Shown here: positions 10,321-19,079 of the stretch, piece by piece | Layout of the letters: the number at the start of each line of letters is the position of its first letter | How positions within the stretch are numbered: position 1 is the stretch's first letter | Origin: Flavobacteriaceae bacterium | GTDB lineage: Bacteria > Bacteroidota > Bacteroidia > Flavobacteriales > Flavobacteriaceae | Direction of reading: 5' to 3' | NCBI GenBank assembly: GCA_029252265.1 | Contig: JAQXBT010000001.1 | Coordinates: 3,286-67,285 of the forward strand | Length of the DNA stretch: 64,000 nucleotides | The notes under the pieces: generated by a model | Seen by the model: only the letters and a program-made list of their open reading frames with translations | What the model was told of the DNA's origin: nothing | The model's database searches: none | Translations under genes and position numbers: made by a program

Positions 10321-13300
10321 TTAGAGTGATATGTTGACACCAAATGTTATGGATTTTGTTTGTGGATAATACCATCCCACGGAGGAGGTATTTTGTGGAT
10401 CAAAATCTTCCTTATAGTCTTTTATGACAAATAAATTATATCCAGTTACAAACACCGTCATTTTATCAAAACCTACATTGTTTTTGAATTTCGGTAAGGT
10501 GTAACTCAAATTAATATTTTTAAATCTTAGGTGTTTCCCGTTTCTTAACCAAAAGTCAGAATATTTATAGTTATTGTCGTTAAATCCGCCATCAGTGATT
10601 CTTGGGAATGCCGCAGCGTTGTTTTCAGGTGTCCAATAATCGAGTTGATAGTTGTAGCCGTTAAATCCATTACGTAACGGGCTTTGGGCTTCCCCATCTA
10701 GATAAATATCATAGCCTGCAGCTCCTGTTAATAATACCGATATGGAAAAGTTTTTATAGTCGGCTCCAAGGTTTAAAGAATAATTTATGGCTGGTTTGTC
10801 GCCGACACCAAATGTTTTTTGATCTTTAACATCAATAATATTATCTCCATTTAAATCTTCATAAACCACATCACCAGGCTGTAAACTTGTATTTCCATTA
10901 CCATCTTGAATCGCATGTGTATCAATTTCATCTTGCGTTTGGAAAAGCCCCTTAGAAATATAACCTCTTCTTAGATTTGTATAGCCTCCAGTAGTCGTAA
11001 GGTTTTCTCTCATAAATGGATCTTCTTGAAGTGTTTCATCAATAAAAATGGCTTTTTCTCTAGATTTTGAAAAATTCAATAGTGCGTTTATTTTTAAATG
11101 ATCATTCAATTGTTTTTGATAGTTAAATGAGAATTCAAAACCTTCATTCGAAAATTCATATAAATTTTGGTCTGCCACTGACACTCCTAATGTACTTGGA
11201 ACGCTTGAAGTGGCTCTCGCGATGACATTTTCTCTTTTTCTAAAGAAATAGTCAAATGATACGGTGAGCGCTTTATTAAATAGAGTCGCATCAAAACCAA
11301 CATCATAGGTGGTATTGGTTTCCCACGTCAGCTCAGCATTTGCCAGAGCGGTATTGTCAATTGTTGGAATGGCTGTATCATTGATTGAAAAGAAATGATT
11401 GTAGTTAAACCCACTTAACCACTGGTATGCAGCAGTCCCATCATATCCAGCCGTTCCTACTGAAGCTCTTAATTTGAAGTCCGAAACCGTCTTTTTTAAA
11501 GACTCAAAAAATGGTTCATCAGAGAGTCTCCAACCTGCTGAAACCGAGGGGAATAATCCCCATTCTTTTCCAGGAGCAAAACGTGATGATCCATCATATC
11601 TTACCGTGGATTCAAGAAAATATTTTGATTTGAAATCCCACCCAAGTCGGCCTACAAACCCCAATCGATTTTCGCGATATTCGCCTCCACTAGCCCCTTG
11701 ATTTTCAAGAGATCCTGCAAAAAGTTGATCGATTAAAGTGGATTGGAAATCTTGTCGTCTTCCACTAAAATTTTCGCCTTGCGCTTTTTGAACCTCCATT
11801 AATGCTAATGCTGAAAGACTATGGTTTCCAAAGGTTTGTTCGTAATTTAAAGACTCTTGCAACACATATTGATTGCTATAGCTGGTGCCTTCTTCAAGAA
11901 CGGTTTCACTAAATGAACCTTCAGGTGTGGCGCGGAATACATCATAATTTCCTGTTTGTCTGTTTAGAGTGTAAAGGTTATAACTCTTCCCCCAGTCTTT
12001 TTGAAATGAGGTGTCATAAATTAGAGATGCATATGTTTTTAGACTAAGACCGGGTATTTGGTTGATATCCCATTTTAGAGATATTTTAGCATCAAAATTA
12101 TTATTTCGTCTACGGTAATAACCTGCATTAAAGTCTTTTATCCCTTCAGCAATATGATTTGGACTCACACTTGGTTTTGCCGGAGTTCCGTCAGGATAGT
12201 AAGCTAAATCTGTTGGAAGTGCTCTACTTAATTCTCTGAAAATATCATAGGCCGAATAGGCAGGAGCCTCATTTATTTTTCGACGGGCTCCCATATTAAA
12301 TGTTAATTTTAAATTGTCATAAATCTTTGCGTCAATGTTTGATCGTAAATTATACTGCTGGTACGAAAGCACGTCTGCATTATAATTGGATCCTTGATCT
12401 AGATACCCCGCAGATACAAAGTAATTGATCTTTTCCGTGCCTCCTGTCAGGTTTAAATTATGACGTTGTTGAACCCCCCAGTCTTTTATAACCATGCTTT
12501 TCCAATCGGTATTTGAATAATTTACGGGATCTGCTCCAGATTGAAATAACGCTATTTCATCCTCTGTATAAAAAGGAGTTTGATTGGAATTTCTTAAGCC
12601 TTCATTTAATACTTCTCCGTATTGTGCAGAAGTTAAAAAATCAGGATAGGACGTCAGTGAGGTGTAAGTAAATTGATTGCTATACGTTAGTTCGGGTTTT
12701 CCAACCTTTCCTTTTTTAGTTGTAATTAAAACAACACCATTTCCTCCTTGGACTCCATAAATAGCTGCAGCTGCTGCATCTTTTAAGACTGAAATACTTT
12801 CGATTTCATTCGCATCTAACTGGTTGATGTCTCCAGGAGCACCATCAACAATGACTAAAGCACTACCAAAATTTCTTACTTCAAAAGATGAATTACTAAA
12901 CCCTGGTTCGCCCGAGGTTTGTCTTACGAATAAACCAGAAGCCAATCCTTCTAAACCATTACTCACAGAAGCAACCGGTAATTTTTTTAAGGTTTCCTCA
13001 TCAACCGTTGAGATGGCCGAGATTAACTTTCTTTTTGATTTTGTACCATACCCAACAATGACCACTTCTTCCAAAGCGCTTGTATCTTCAATTAAAGTAA
13101 TTGAAAATTTTAGGACGTCTTTTATTTCAAACTCTTGAGCTAAAAATCCGACGTATGAAACAACGAGCACATCGCCTTTAGTGGCCTCAATCGTAAAATT
13201 GCCGTCAAAACCTGTTGAGGTTCCTCTTGCGTCCCCTTTAACAAGGATATTGACGCCAGGCAGTGGTTGTTCTGTTTCATCAGATACATATCCGGAAACC

Positions 13301-13401
13301 GAAACTTGAGCAAAACTTAGACTCATGCAAAATATAAATGCGAAAGTTAGTAGCCTTTTTCTCTTAAAATTTACTGAACAATTTTTGACTATTGTTTTCA
13401 T
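10321..13401 (-). CDS. susC: SusC/RagA TonB-dependent transporter (PUL-A)
   Basis: 1026 aa; LEEVVIVGYG, IESISVLKDAAAAAIYG..GGNGVVLITTKKG, RYDGSSRF, LTWET, C-terminal GVNISL. Confidence 0.95.
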   Translation of the reverse strand: MKTIVKNCSVNFKRKRLLTFAFIFCMSLSFAQVSVSGYVSDETEQPLPGVNILVKGDARGTSTGFDGNFTIEATKGDVLVVSYVGFLAQEFEIKDVLKFSITLIEDTSALEEVVIVGYGTKSKRKLISAISTVDEETLKKLPVASVSNGLEGLASGLFVRQTSGEPGFSNSSFEVRNFGSALVIVDGAPGDINQLDANEIESISVLKDAAAAAIYGVQGGNGVVLITTKKGKVGKPELTYSNQFTYTSLTSYPDFLTSAQYGEVLNEGLRNSNQTPFYTEDEIALFQSGADPVNYSNTDWKSMVIKDWGVQQRHNLNLTGGTEKINYFVSAGYLDQGSNYNADVLSYQQYNLRSNIDAKIYDNLKLTFNMGARRKINEAPAYSAYDIFRELSRALPTDLAYYPDGTPAKPSVSPNHIAEGIKDFNAGYYRRRNNNFDAKISLKWDINQIPGLSLKTYASLIYDTSFQKDWGKSYNLYTLNRQTGNYDVFRATPEGSFSETVLEEGTSYSNQYVLQESLNYEQTFGNHSLSALALMEVQKAQGENFSGRRQDFQSTLIDQLFAGSLENQGASGGEYRENRLGFVGRLGWDFKSKYFLESTVRYDGSSRFAPGKEWGLFPSVSAGWRLSDEPFFESLKKTVSDFKLRASVGTAGYDGTAAYQWLSGFNYNHFFSINDTAIPTIDNTALANAELTWETNTTYDVGFDATLFNKALTVSFDYFFRKRENVIARATSSVPSTLGVSVADQNLYEFSNEGFEFSFNYQKQLNDHLKINALLNFSKSREKAIFIDETLQEDPFMRENLTTTGGYTNLRRGYISKGLFQTQDEIDTHAIQDGNGNTSLQPGDVVYEDLNGDNIIDVKDQKTFGVGDKPAINYSLNLGADYKNFSISVLLTGAAGYDIYLDGEAQSPLRNGFNGYNYQLDYWTPENNAAAFPRITDGGFNDNNYKYSDFWLRNGKHLRFKNINLSYTLPKFKNNVGFDKMTVFVTGYNLFVIKDYKEDFDPQNTSSVGWYYPQTKSITFGVNISL

Positions 13402-13511
13402 AATAATTAGTTAGTTAACTTAAATGATTGACTCTTTTAGTTCTGTTGAAACTAAACGAGTCCCTGACTAAATTAAAGTCAAGGACTTAGTAATTAATTG
13501 AATTGCATGCG

Positions 13512-14822
13512 TTAGTGTTTGATCAATTTTTTAGTTGTTGACCCTAAATCAGTACTGATTTTAGTAATATAAATACCAGAAGTTAAGTTCGAAGCATCAA
13601 TCGCAGTTGATAAAGTGTTAGGCCTTAAGGAAATCACTTTTTTACCTAGGATGTCAAATACAGTTACAGAACTAATACGTCCTTTAGTTGAAGACACATT
13701 CCAAGTGTTATTTGTTGGGTTTGGAGACACAGAGACCCCTTCCATTTTAAAATCTTCAACTCCAAGTGAAGCAAACGCTCCAAACACCAAATCATCTACT
13801 TGAAAGATATTAAGATTCGGATCTACTGCAGCATCAAAATCTGTTTGAATATCAAAAAACAAAGCTATTTTGGTGTTGTTCGTAGAGTTAAAAGCTGAAA
13901 AATCGAATGTAAGTGTTTGCCATACATTTTCAGTCGTATAATTCGCAGTAACGGCGTGCTCATCACCGCCACTTTCTATTTTTATTGTAAGTGTTGAGGT
14001 TCTTGGTCCTTTTACTTTTACGGATAATCCCCTGTCACTTGTAGATAAATCGATACCATCTGCGTTCACAATTTTAATTTGTGACCACCAATTATTATTA
14101 ACTCCTGTTAATTCACCAACGTTAGTGCTTGTGTTAATGCCATCGGTTACTGTATTTGTAGCATTCTCATTAAAGGTTAGGTTTTCTTCTTCAATTGTAG
14201 TGGGCGTATCAAAATCAAAATTAAAATTTGTAAGAGGCGTTGGAGCAGGGGGTGCTTCAGTTGTCACTAAGGTAAGGTTATCTAAGACGACTCCAGCGCC
14301 CCAAGTTATACCTCCAGTTCTAACAAGAGCGTAGTAGGTGGTACTTGCATCTAATTCAATCTTGCCATCTAATCCTTTACAATCTGTATCTAGCCAGGAA
14401 CCCGAATATGTATTGAAATCTCCACAATCCCAAGTACTTAGAGCCAATAAATTTACGGCTCCAAAATCAGCTGTATTGTACTCAGACTCATCTACAGGAG
14501 TAGTCGTTCCTACATACAATTCAAACCAATGATCCGAAAGACCATTTGTGATAACTTCAGCATCAAACTGATACCATCCAGATTCAGCAACAGTAAATGA
14601 TTTGTAAATTGCAACATGACCTTCTGCCCCCCAACCAGCTTCATTAATATCATCAAATTTAACGACACCATCAGCAATGATTGCTGTTGCATTGTTATTT
14701 GTGTTTTGTTGGATAACCGTCCAAGCTGCTGGAGTATCAAAAGTTCCGTTTGTGAATACATTTTGAGCCAACCCTAAAAAGGTAGTCGAAACGAAAAAAC
14801 ATAATAAAGTAATTGTTTTCAT
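13512..14822 (-). CDS. T9SS-secreted non-catalytic protein with two putative carbohydrate-binding modules
   Basis: 436 aa; Sec signal; module 1 is homologous to the modules in 6693..8519; module 2 has GINTS...WQTLTFDFS...ALFFD...VDD; CTD SPNPT...VFDILGK...TKKLIKH; no GH motif seen. Confidence 0.75.
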   Translation of the reverse strand: MKTITLLCFFVSTTFLGLAQNVFTNGTFDTPAAWTVIQQNTNNNATAIIADGVVKFDDINEAGWGAEGHVAIYKSFTVAESGWYQFDAEVITNGLSDHWFELYVGTTTPVDESEYNTADFGAVNLLALSTWDCGDFNTYSGSWLDTDCKGLDGKIELDASTTYYALVRTGGITWGAGVVLDNLTLVTTEAPPAPTPLTNFNFDFDTPTTIEEENLTFNENATNTVTDGINTSTNVGELTGVNNNWWSQIKIVNADGIDLSTSDRGLSVKVKGPRTSTLTIKIESGGDEHAVTANYTTENVWQTLTFDFSAFNSTNNTKIALFFDIQTDFDAAVDPNLNIFQVDDLVFGAFASLGVEDFKMEGVSVSPNPTNNTWNVSSTKGRISSVTVFDILGKKVISLRPNTLSTAIDASNLTSGIYITKISTDLGSTTKKLIKH

Positions 14823-14899
14823 AAAAAGTTATTTTAGTTAGTATAAATGCATCAAAATTTTTGAGTGTTGACCGTCAAAACACAAAAATGTGATGTTTA

Positions 14900-14989
14900 C
14901 AAATATCATGAACAACGGTCGTTATGCCTAAAAAAAACATCTACAAAACTCCAAAAAAGCACGGGTAAGACACTACAAAACCTCTACAA
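14900..14989 (-). promoter_or_regulatory. PUL-A promoter region: near-consensus -7 element with upstream phased TTGTAG repeats
   Basis: GATATTTG on the minus strand at 14900-14907; CTACAA on the plus strand at 14941, 14973 and 14984. Confidence 0.5.
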
Positions 14990-15044
14990 TGAAAATATAG
15001 ACATCTATTTTTCAGTATTTTAATAAATTTAAAACCTTATTGTG

Positions 15045-17933
15045 TTAAAAAGATTGGATGTAATTAACTAAACTAAAGTCTTTAGGTAAGTCTAGTTTTT
15101 TGCGCAATCGCCAACGCCCTTGTTCTACGCTTTTGATGGAGATGGTTAATAAGGAAGCAATCTCTTTTGAGGAAAGATTTAGCTTAAGGTAGGCGCATAA
15201 TTTCTTTTCGATGGACGATAAATCAGGATGTTTTTCTCTTAGCTTATCAAAAAAGTCTGCATGTGCATTTCTAAAATGAAGCTCAAATGTAAGCCAATCG
15301 TCTTTATCAACAAGATGACTATTAATTTTTTTAATCACCTTTTTTATTGGCGGATGTAATGAGCTGTTTAGAACGTCTTTATCAATTTCCTTAATGTCCT
15401 CTATTAAGTTGGTAAGTAGCTCGTTCTTTTTTATGTTGTTTAGTGTCGAAGACGCTAATTCTGTATTTTTCTTTTTAATTTCTAAACTTAAATTTTCCTC
15501 CCTCAAAATAAGGAACTTTTGTTCGGCCTCAAGTCTATCAAATTTAAATTTTTCTTCTTGGGTTCGCAACTTTTCTTCTTCTTCAAATTTTAAAACAGCT
15601 ATTTGTTTTTCACTTTTTATTTTAAAATAGCTCCGATAAAGAAAATTTAATAATAGGAATAACAGCCCGTAAAAAACGTATGCCACATTTGTTGCATACC
15701 ATGGAGATTTGATATAAAACTCTAATTTAATCACTTCCGATATCGTGTCATTGGTGCCTCCAGATCGCAATTCTAAAACATAGTTTCCAGCAGATAGCCC
15801 TGGGAAATTCAATTCTGAAATATAATCCCAGCTTGACCACTCATTATTTAAGCCGTTTAATCTGTATTGAATTTTATAAGAATTAGCCAAAGGTGTTTTT
15901 GGCAACGCGACACCAATTTTGATAAAAGAATTGTTGTGCGGAACTTTTAATATTTTATTGCCACTAATGGGGGCTATAATCGTGTCTGTTTTACTAATCA
16001 GTTGAACAGACCGAATGGATGGAGGCTTCTTTTTTGAGTTTAGATCGAGCTGATTAATATTATGGAAAATGATGCCGTTATTAATTCCAATTCCAAAAAT
16101 TGAATCATTAATCTTTTCGAACTTGTTGAAATCATTGAGGTGTTTGTTTCGTACAGAGTAAAACGGATTACGAACATTATTGAATTGATTTCGATTTCTT
16201 AGAACATAGCCCAAATATTTTGGTGTTGAGTACCAAAAGACATTTTCGTGTTGAACAATACTATTAATTCCTTTTATGTTTTTAAATAACTCACTTGTAT
16301 ATTTTTGGGGCACAAAAGAATCATCAATGGGATCATAGTTAAAAAATCCGTTTGGGTTATAAAACACCAAATCGCCGTCTATTTTACATAGATAGGCGTA
16401 TGTTTCAACATGCTTGATATTGACCCCATAAAACTCAAATCCTTTTAGATGCATGCCATCATCAGATAGGCTTAGTCGATAATAGCCTTTTGCCGGGTGC
16501 GTCACCCACAGATGTCCATATTTGTCAAACTCCATAAAACGAGACGATTCACCATAGTCAGTCCATTTTTTTTGAAATACCCAATCGCCATTAATGCGCT
16601 TATAAACACCAATCCCAGAGTAAAACCCCACATACAGGATGTCGTCTATTTTTGGATGCTTTCTAAAGATCCAAGCGCCCCCTTCTTTATGAATGGATCT
16701 TAATTTTTTATTTTCTAAGATTGATATCCCTTGGTGGGAACCCACCAATACCTGGTTATCAATTTCTTCTATTTCCCATATTTGTCCAATACTTTCATTT
16801 ATAATCTGAGCTTTAGAATTAGGGATTGAGATGTTTTTTACAAATAATCCTTGATTTGTTCCGAGGTACAGCAATTCGTCTTTTAAATAACTTGTATAAA
16901 CTGTTCCAAAGTCACCTTTATTATCTAATAGGTAATTTGTATTACTATTAATTTGAATATAGCTTAACCCATTCTCCATCCCGAGCCATACATTGTTTTT
17001 CGAGTCTACATAAACTTTTCGAACCGTGTTATCTAGAAGGCCATTGCTTTTTTCTTTATGAAAAAGGGTTTCCCCTTCTGATGAAAGAACGTACACCCCT
17101 TTTCGGATTGTACCAATAATAAGCTTATCATTTTGAAATTCTTGAGCGTCACTGACCAAATACTTCTCTAAAACTCTGTTTATTTTCCAGTCCTTTTTTG
17201 TGAGGTTTTTTTCCTTCCATCCCCAAACCCCCTTGTTCTTAGTCACGATCAAAAGTGCATCCGAGTTTTTTACAAAGACATTTAATACATAAAAATCTTG
17301 CTTATCTGTCCCTTCAATTAAGACAAGTTCCGTCCCTTTTATTTCAAAGAGCCCTCTTCCGGAATCTTGGATAAATGCACGTTTTTTAGATGAAAATATT
17401 AAGTTAAATCCTTTTACCGCAGGGATTGAATCTAAAGTGTTTGTTATTGGATTATAAACAACTATTTCCTGAAATGTTTGAAATAAAATGTTACCATTAA
17501 TTTCTTTAATACTTGAGAAAACAGGTAATAACGGTGCTTCTTGGCTTGGTTGTTTAAAAAATAAACTAGTGTACTCTAAAGTTCCTTTCTCATTTTTAGA
17601 CCAATACCCAAATCCACCATGGCCAGAAGTGTATATATGCTGATCATCTATGTGTAGTACAGAACGTAAGTCAGATTCAAAACTATATTTATAATTCTTC
17701 CATCGCACGCCGTCGTATTCTAACAAGCCCGCAGGCGTTGCGTAATACGTGACCCCATCTTTGCCTTGAGAAATGTCAAAAACCGTTAAGTCATTATTGA
17801 TGGCTTCCTCCGTAAAGTTTTTAACAAAAGGAGTTCCTGGTATATTGAAAAATTGGGCATATAGGGGGGTACTAACAATGATAATTGCTAGTAAAACTAG
17901 ACGTCTTATTGTGCTACTATAGTTGAATATCAA
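15045..17933 (-). CDS. Membrane-spanning one-component regulator (beta-propeller + Y_Y_Y + TM + LuxR-type HTH) of PUL-A
   Basis: 962 aa; GLLEYDG.RW, NGLLDNTV, YRLNGLNNEWSSW, PWY then TM helix, coiled coil, LCAYLKLNLSSKEIASLL.IS.KSVE.GRWRLRKKL. Confidence 0.9.
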   Translation of the reverse strand: MIFNYSSTIRRLVLLAIIIVSTPLYAQFFNIPGTPFVKNFTEEAINNDLTVFDISQGKDGVTYYATPAGLLEYDGVRWKNYKYSFESDLRSVLHIDDQHIYTSGHGGFGYWSKNEKGTLEYTSLFFKQPSQEAPLLPVFSSIKEINGNILFQTFQEIVVYNPITNTLDSIPAVKGFNLIFSSKKRAFIQDSGRGLFEIKGTELVLIEGTDKQDFYVLNVFVKNSDALLIVTKNKGVWGWKEKNLTKKDWKINRVLEKYLVSDAQEFQNDKLIIGTIRKGVYVLSSEGETLFHKEKSNGLLDNTVRKVYVDSKNNVWLGMENGLSYIQINSNTNYLLDNKGDFGTVYTSYLKDELLYLGTNQGLFVKNISIPNSKAQIINESIGQIWEIEEIDNQVLVGSHQGISILENKKLRSIHKEGGAWIFRKHPKIDDILYVGFYSGIGVYKRINGDWVFQKKWTDYGESSRFMEFDKYGHLWVTHPAKGYYRLSLSDDGMHLKGFEFYGVNIKHVETYAYLCKIDGDLVFYNPNGFFNYDPIDDSFVPQKYTSELFKNIKGINSIVQHENVFWYSTPKYLGYVLRNRNQFNNVRNPFYSVRNKHLNDFNKFEKINDSIFGIGINNGIIFHNINQLDLNSKKKPPSIRSVQLISKTDTIIAPISGNKILKVPHNNSFIKIGVALPKTPLANSYKIQYRLNGLNNEWSSWDYISELNFPGLSAGNYVLELRSGGTNDTISEVIKLEFYIKSPWYATNVAYVFYGLLFLLLNFLYRSYFKIKSEKQIAVLKFEEEEKLRTQEEKFKFDRLEAEQKFLILREENLSLEIKKKNTELASSTLNNIKKNELLTNLIEDIKEIDKDVLNSSLHPPIKKVIKKINSHLVDKDDWLTFELHFRNAHADFFDKLREKHPDLSSIEKKLCAYLKLNLSSKEIASLLTISIKSVEQGRWRLRKKLDLPKDFSLVNYIQSF

Positions 17934-18134
17934 TATAACTAATTAACTTTTGTTTGCAATAATCGAAAAGCTATAGTGGATTTGAGATAATCAAATATAC
18001 AAATTATCCCAAAGCCGTATTTGTTAATCTTTATGAATTTGTAGAACGGTCAATTTGGTTTAAAAGTAAATTTATTGAAATTGATTCTTCTTGTCTATAA
18101 TAAATACAATTCTGAATCTGTATAGTTCCATGTT

Positions 18135-18178
18135 AAAAACGCTAAACTCGTACCCATTGGTACAAGTTTAGCGTTTTT
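18135..18178 (-). terminator. Long intrinsic terminator hairpin downstream of 18236..18847
   Basis: AAAAACGCTAAACTCGTACC-CATT-GGTACAAGTTTAGCGTTTTT, 19 of 20 arm positions complementary. Confidence 0.8.
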
Positions 18179-18235
18179 TACTCACTACAACTAACGAGTT
18201 ATTATATCGATATGATATGTTTAGTTCCGCAATCT

Positions 18236-18847
18236 TTAATTATCTGAAGTGTCCATTTGATCACCAGTAGTTTCTGTTTCAGGAACATACTTTTCTATTG
18301 ATTTAAAGATGAAATTAAATTCTGGATAGTGCATGCTACCATATTCTGTTGATGAGTTTTCATCCAAATGATCTTGGTACTCGTAATCATATCTAAACGT
18401 GCCTGAAAACTCTATGATATCTCCAACTTCTATTTCCGACAATTTATTAAATAGCTTGGAGCCTACTGGAAACATATCGGAAATGTAACTTGTTCCGAGC
18501 TTGATACTATTTGTGCCTAGCAATCGAACACTAATATAGGCTTTCCCTTGATTGTCCGTAGAAGTGTTCATGTCACTTAACTCGCCTTTCCAATTGGATA
18601 CATTTCGATTGTTGAATAATGTCTTTAGAGCATTCTTTCGTTCTTTTCTAAGGGCGGTCTTTTTAAGGGGGTTTTCTATATTCTCATACATTGCCTTCAA
18701 AGAATCTATTAGTGCGGTTAGGTTTTGTTGGTCTTTTTTTAAAGTGATGCTCTGTTCAAGGTTTTCTTCCGAAGTCGATTCCGAGTCATCTCCACATGCG
18801 ACGTAATAAAATATGACTAAGACGAGTACTAAAAATATATTTTTCAT
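18236..18847 (-). CDS. Hypothetical lipoprotein, possibly OB-fold
   Basis: 203 aa; YVAC-GDDSE lipobox with acidic tail; WKGEL...VGDIIEFSGTF pattern. Confidence 0.6.
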   Translation of the reverse strand: MKNIFLVLVLVIFYYVACGDDSESTSEENLEQSITLKKDQQNLTALIDSLKAMYENIENPLKKTALRKERKNALKTLFNNRNVSNWKGELSDMNTSTDNQGKAYISVRLLGTNSIKLGTSYISDMFPVGSKLFNKLSEIEVGDIIEFSGTFRYDYEYQDHLDENSSTEYGSMHYPEFNFIFKSIEKYVPETETTGDQMDTSDN

Positions 18848-19079
18848 GTTTTCATGGTTAATTGTTTCTACAAATTTAAATTATATTTCCAATGTTTAAT
18901 TTATTAACCTAATAATGCGACTATAATAATTTGCATTTATTTGTTCTTTCAATTGATTTAATTTATTAAGGTCGAAAATGTCCTGACCCAAATTTTATAT
19001 GTTTTTTGAACTAGGCTAATATTCTTTTCTTATCAGTTAAATTTAGTTTACTTTTGTTTAAAATTATATTATTCTACAT

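Noticed and set aside
10311-10343. N-terminal extension of SusD; similar extensions on CotH, lspA, folA and thyA in the ORF track
   Set aside because: They overlap upstream genes, promoter elements or a terminator; downstream starts give better signal peptides or family N-termini.
18186-18230. Imperfect palindrome AACTAA...ATTATATCGATATGAT...TTAGTT beside the orphan lipoprotein, considered as an attC-like cassette site
   Set aside because: The ends do not fit RYYYAAC/GTTRRRY, there is one copy only, and no integrase is present.
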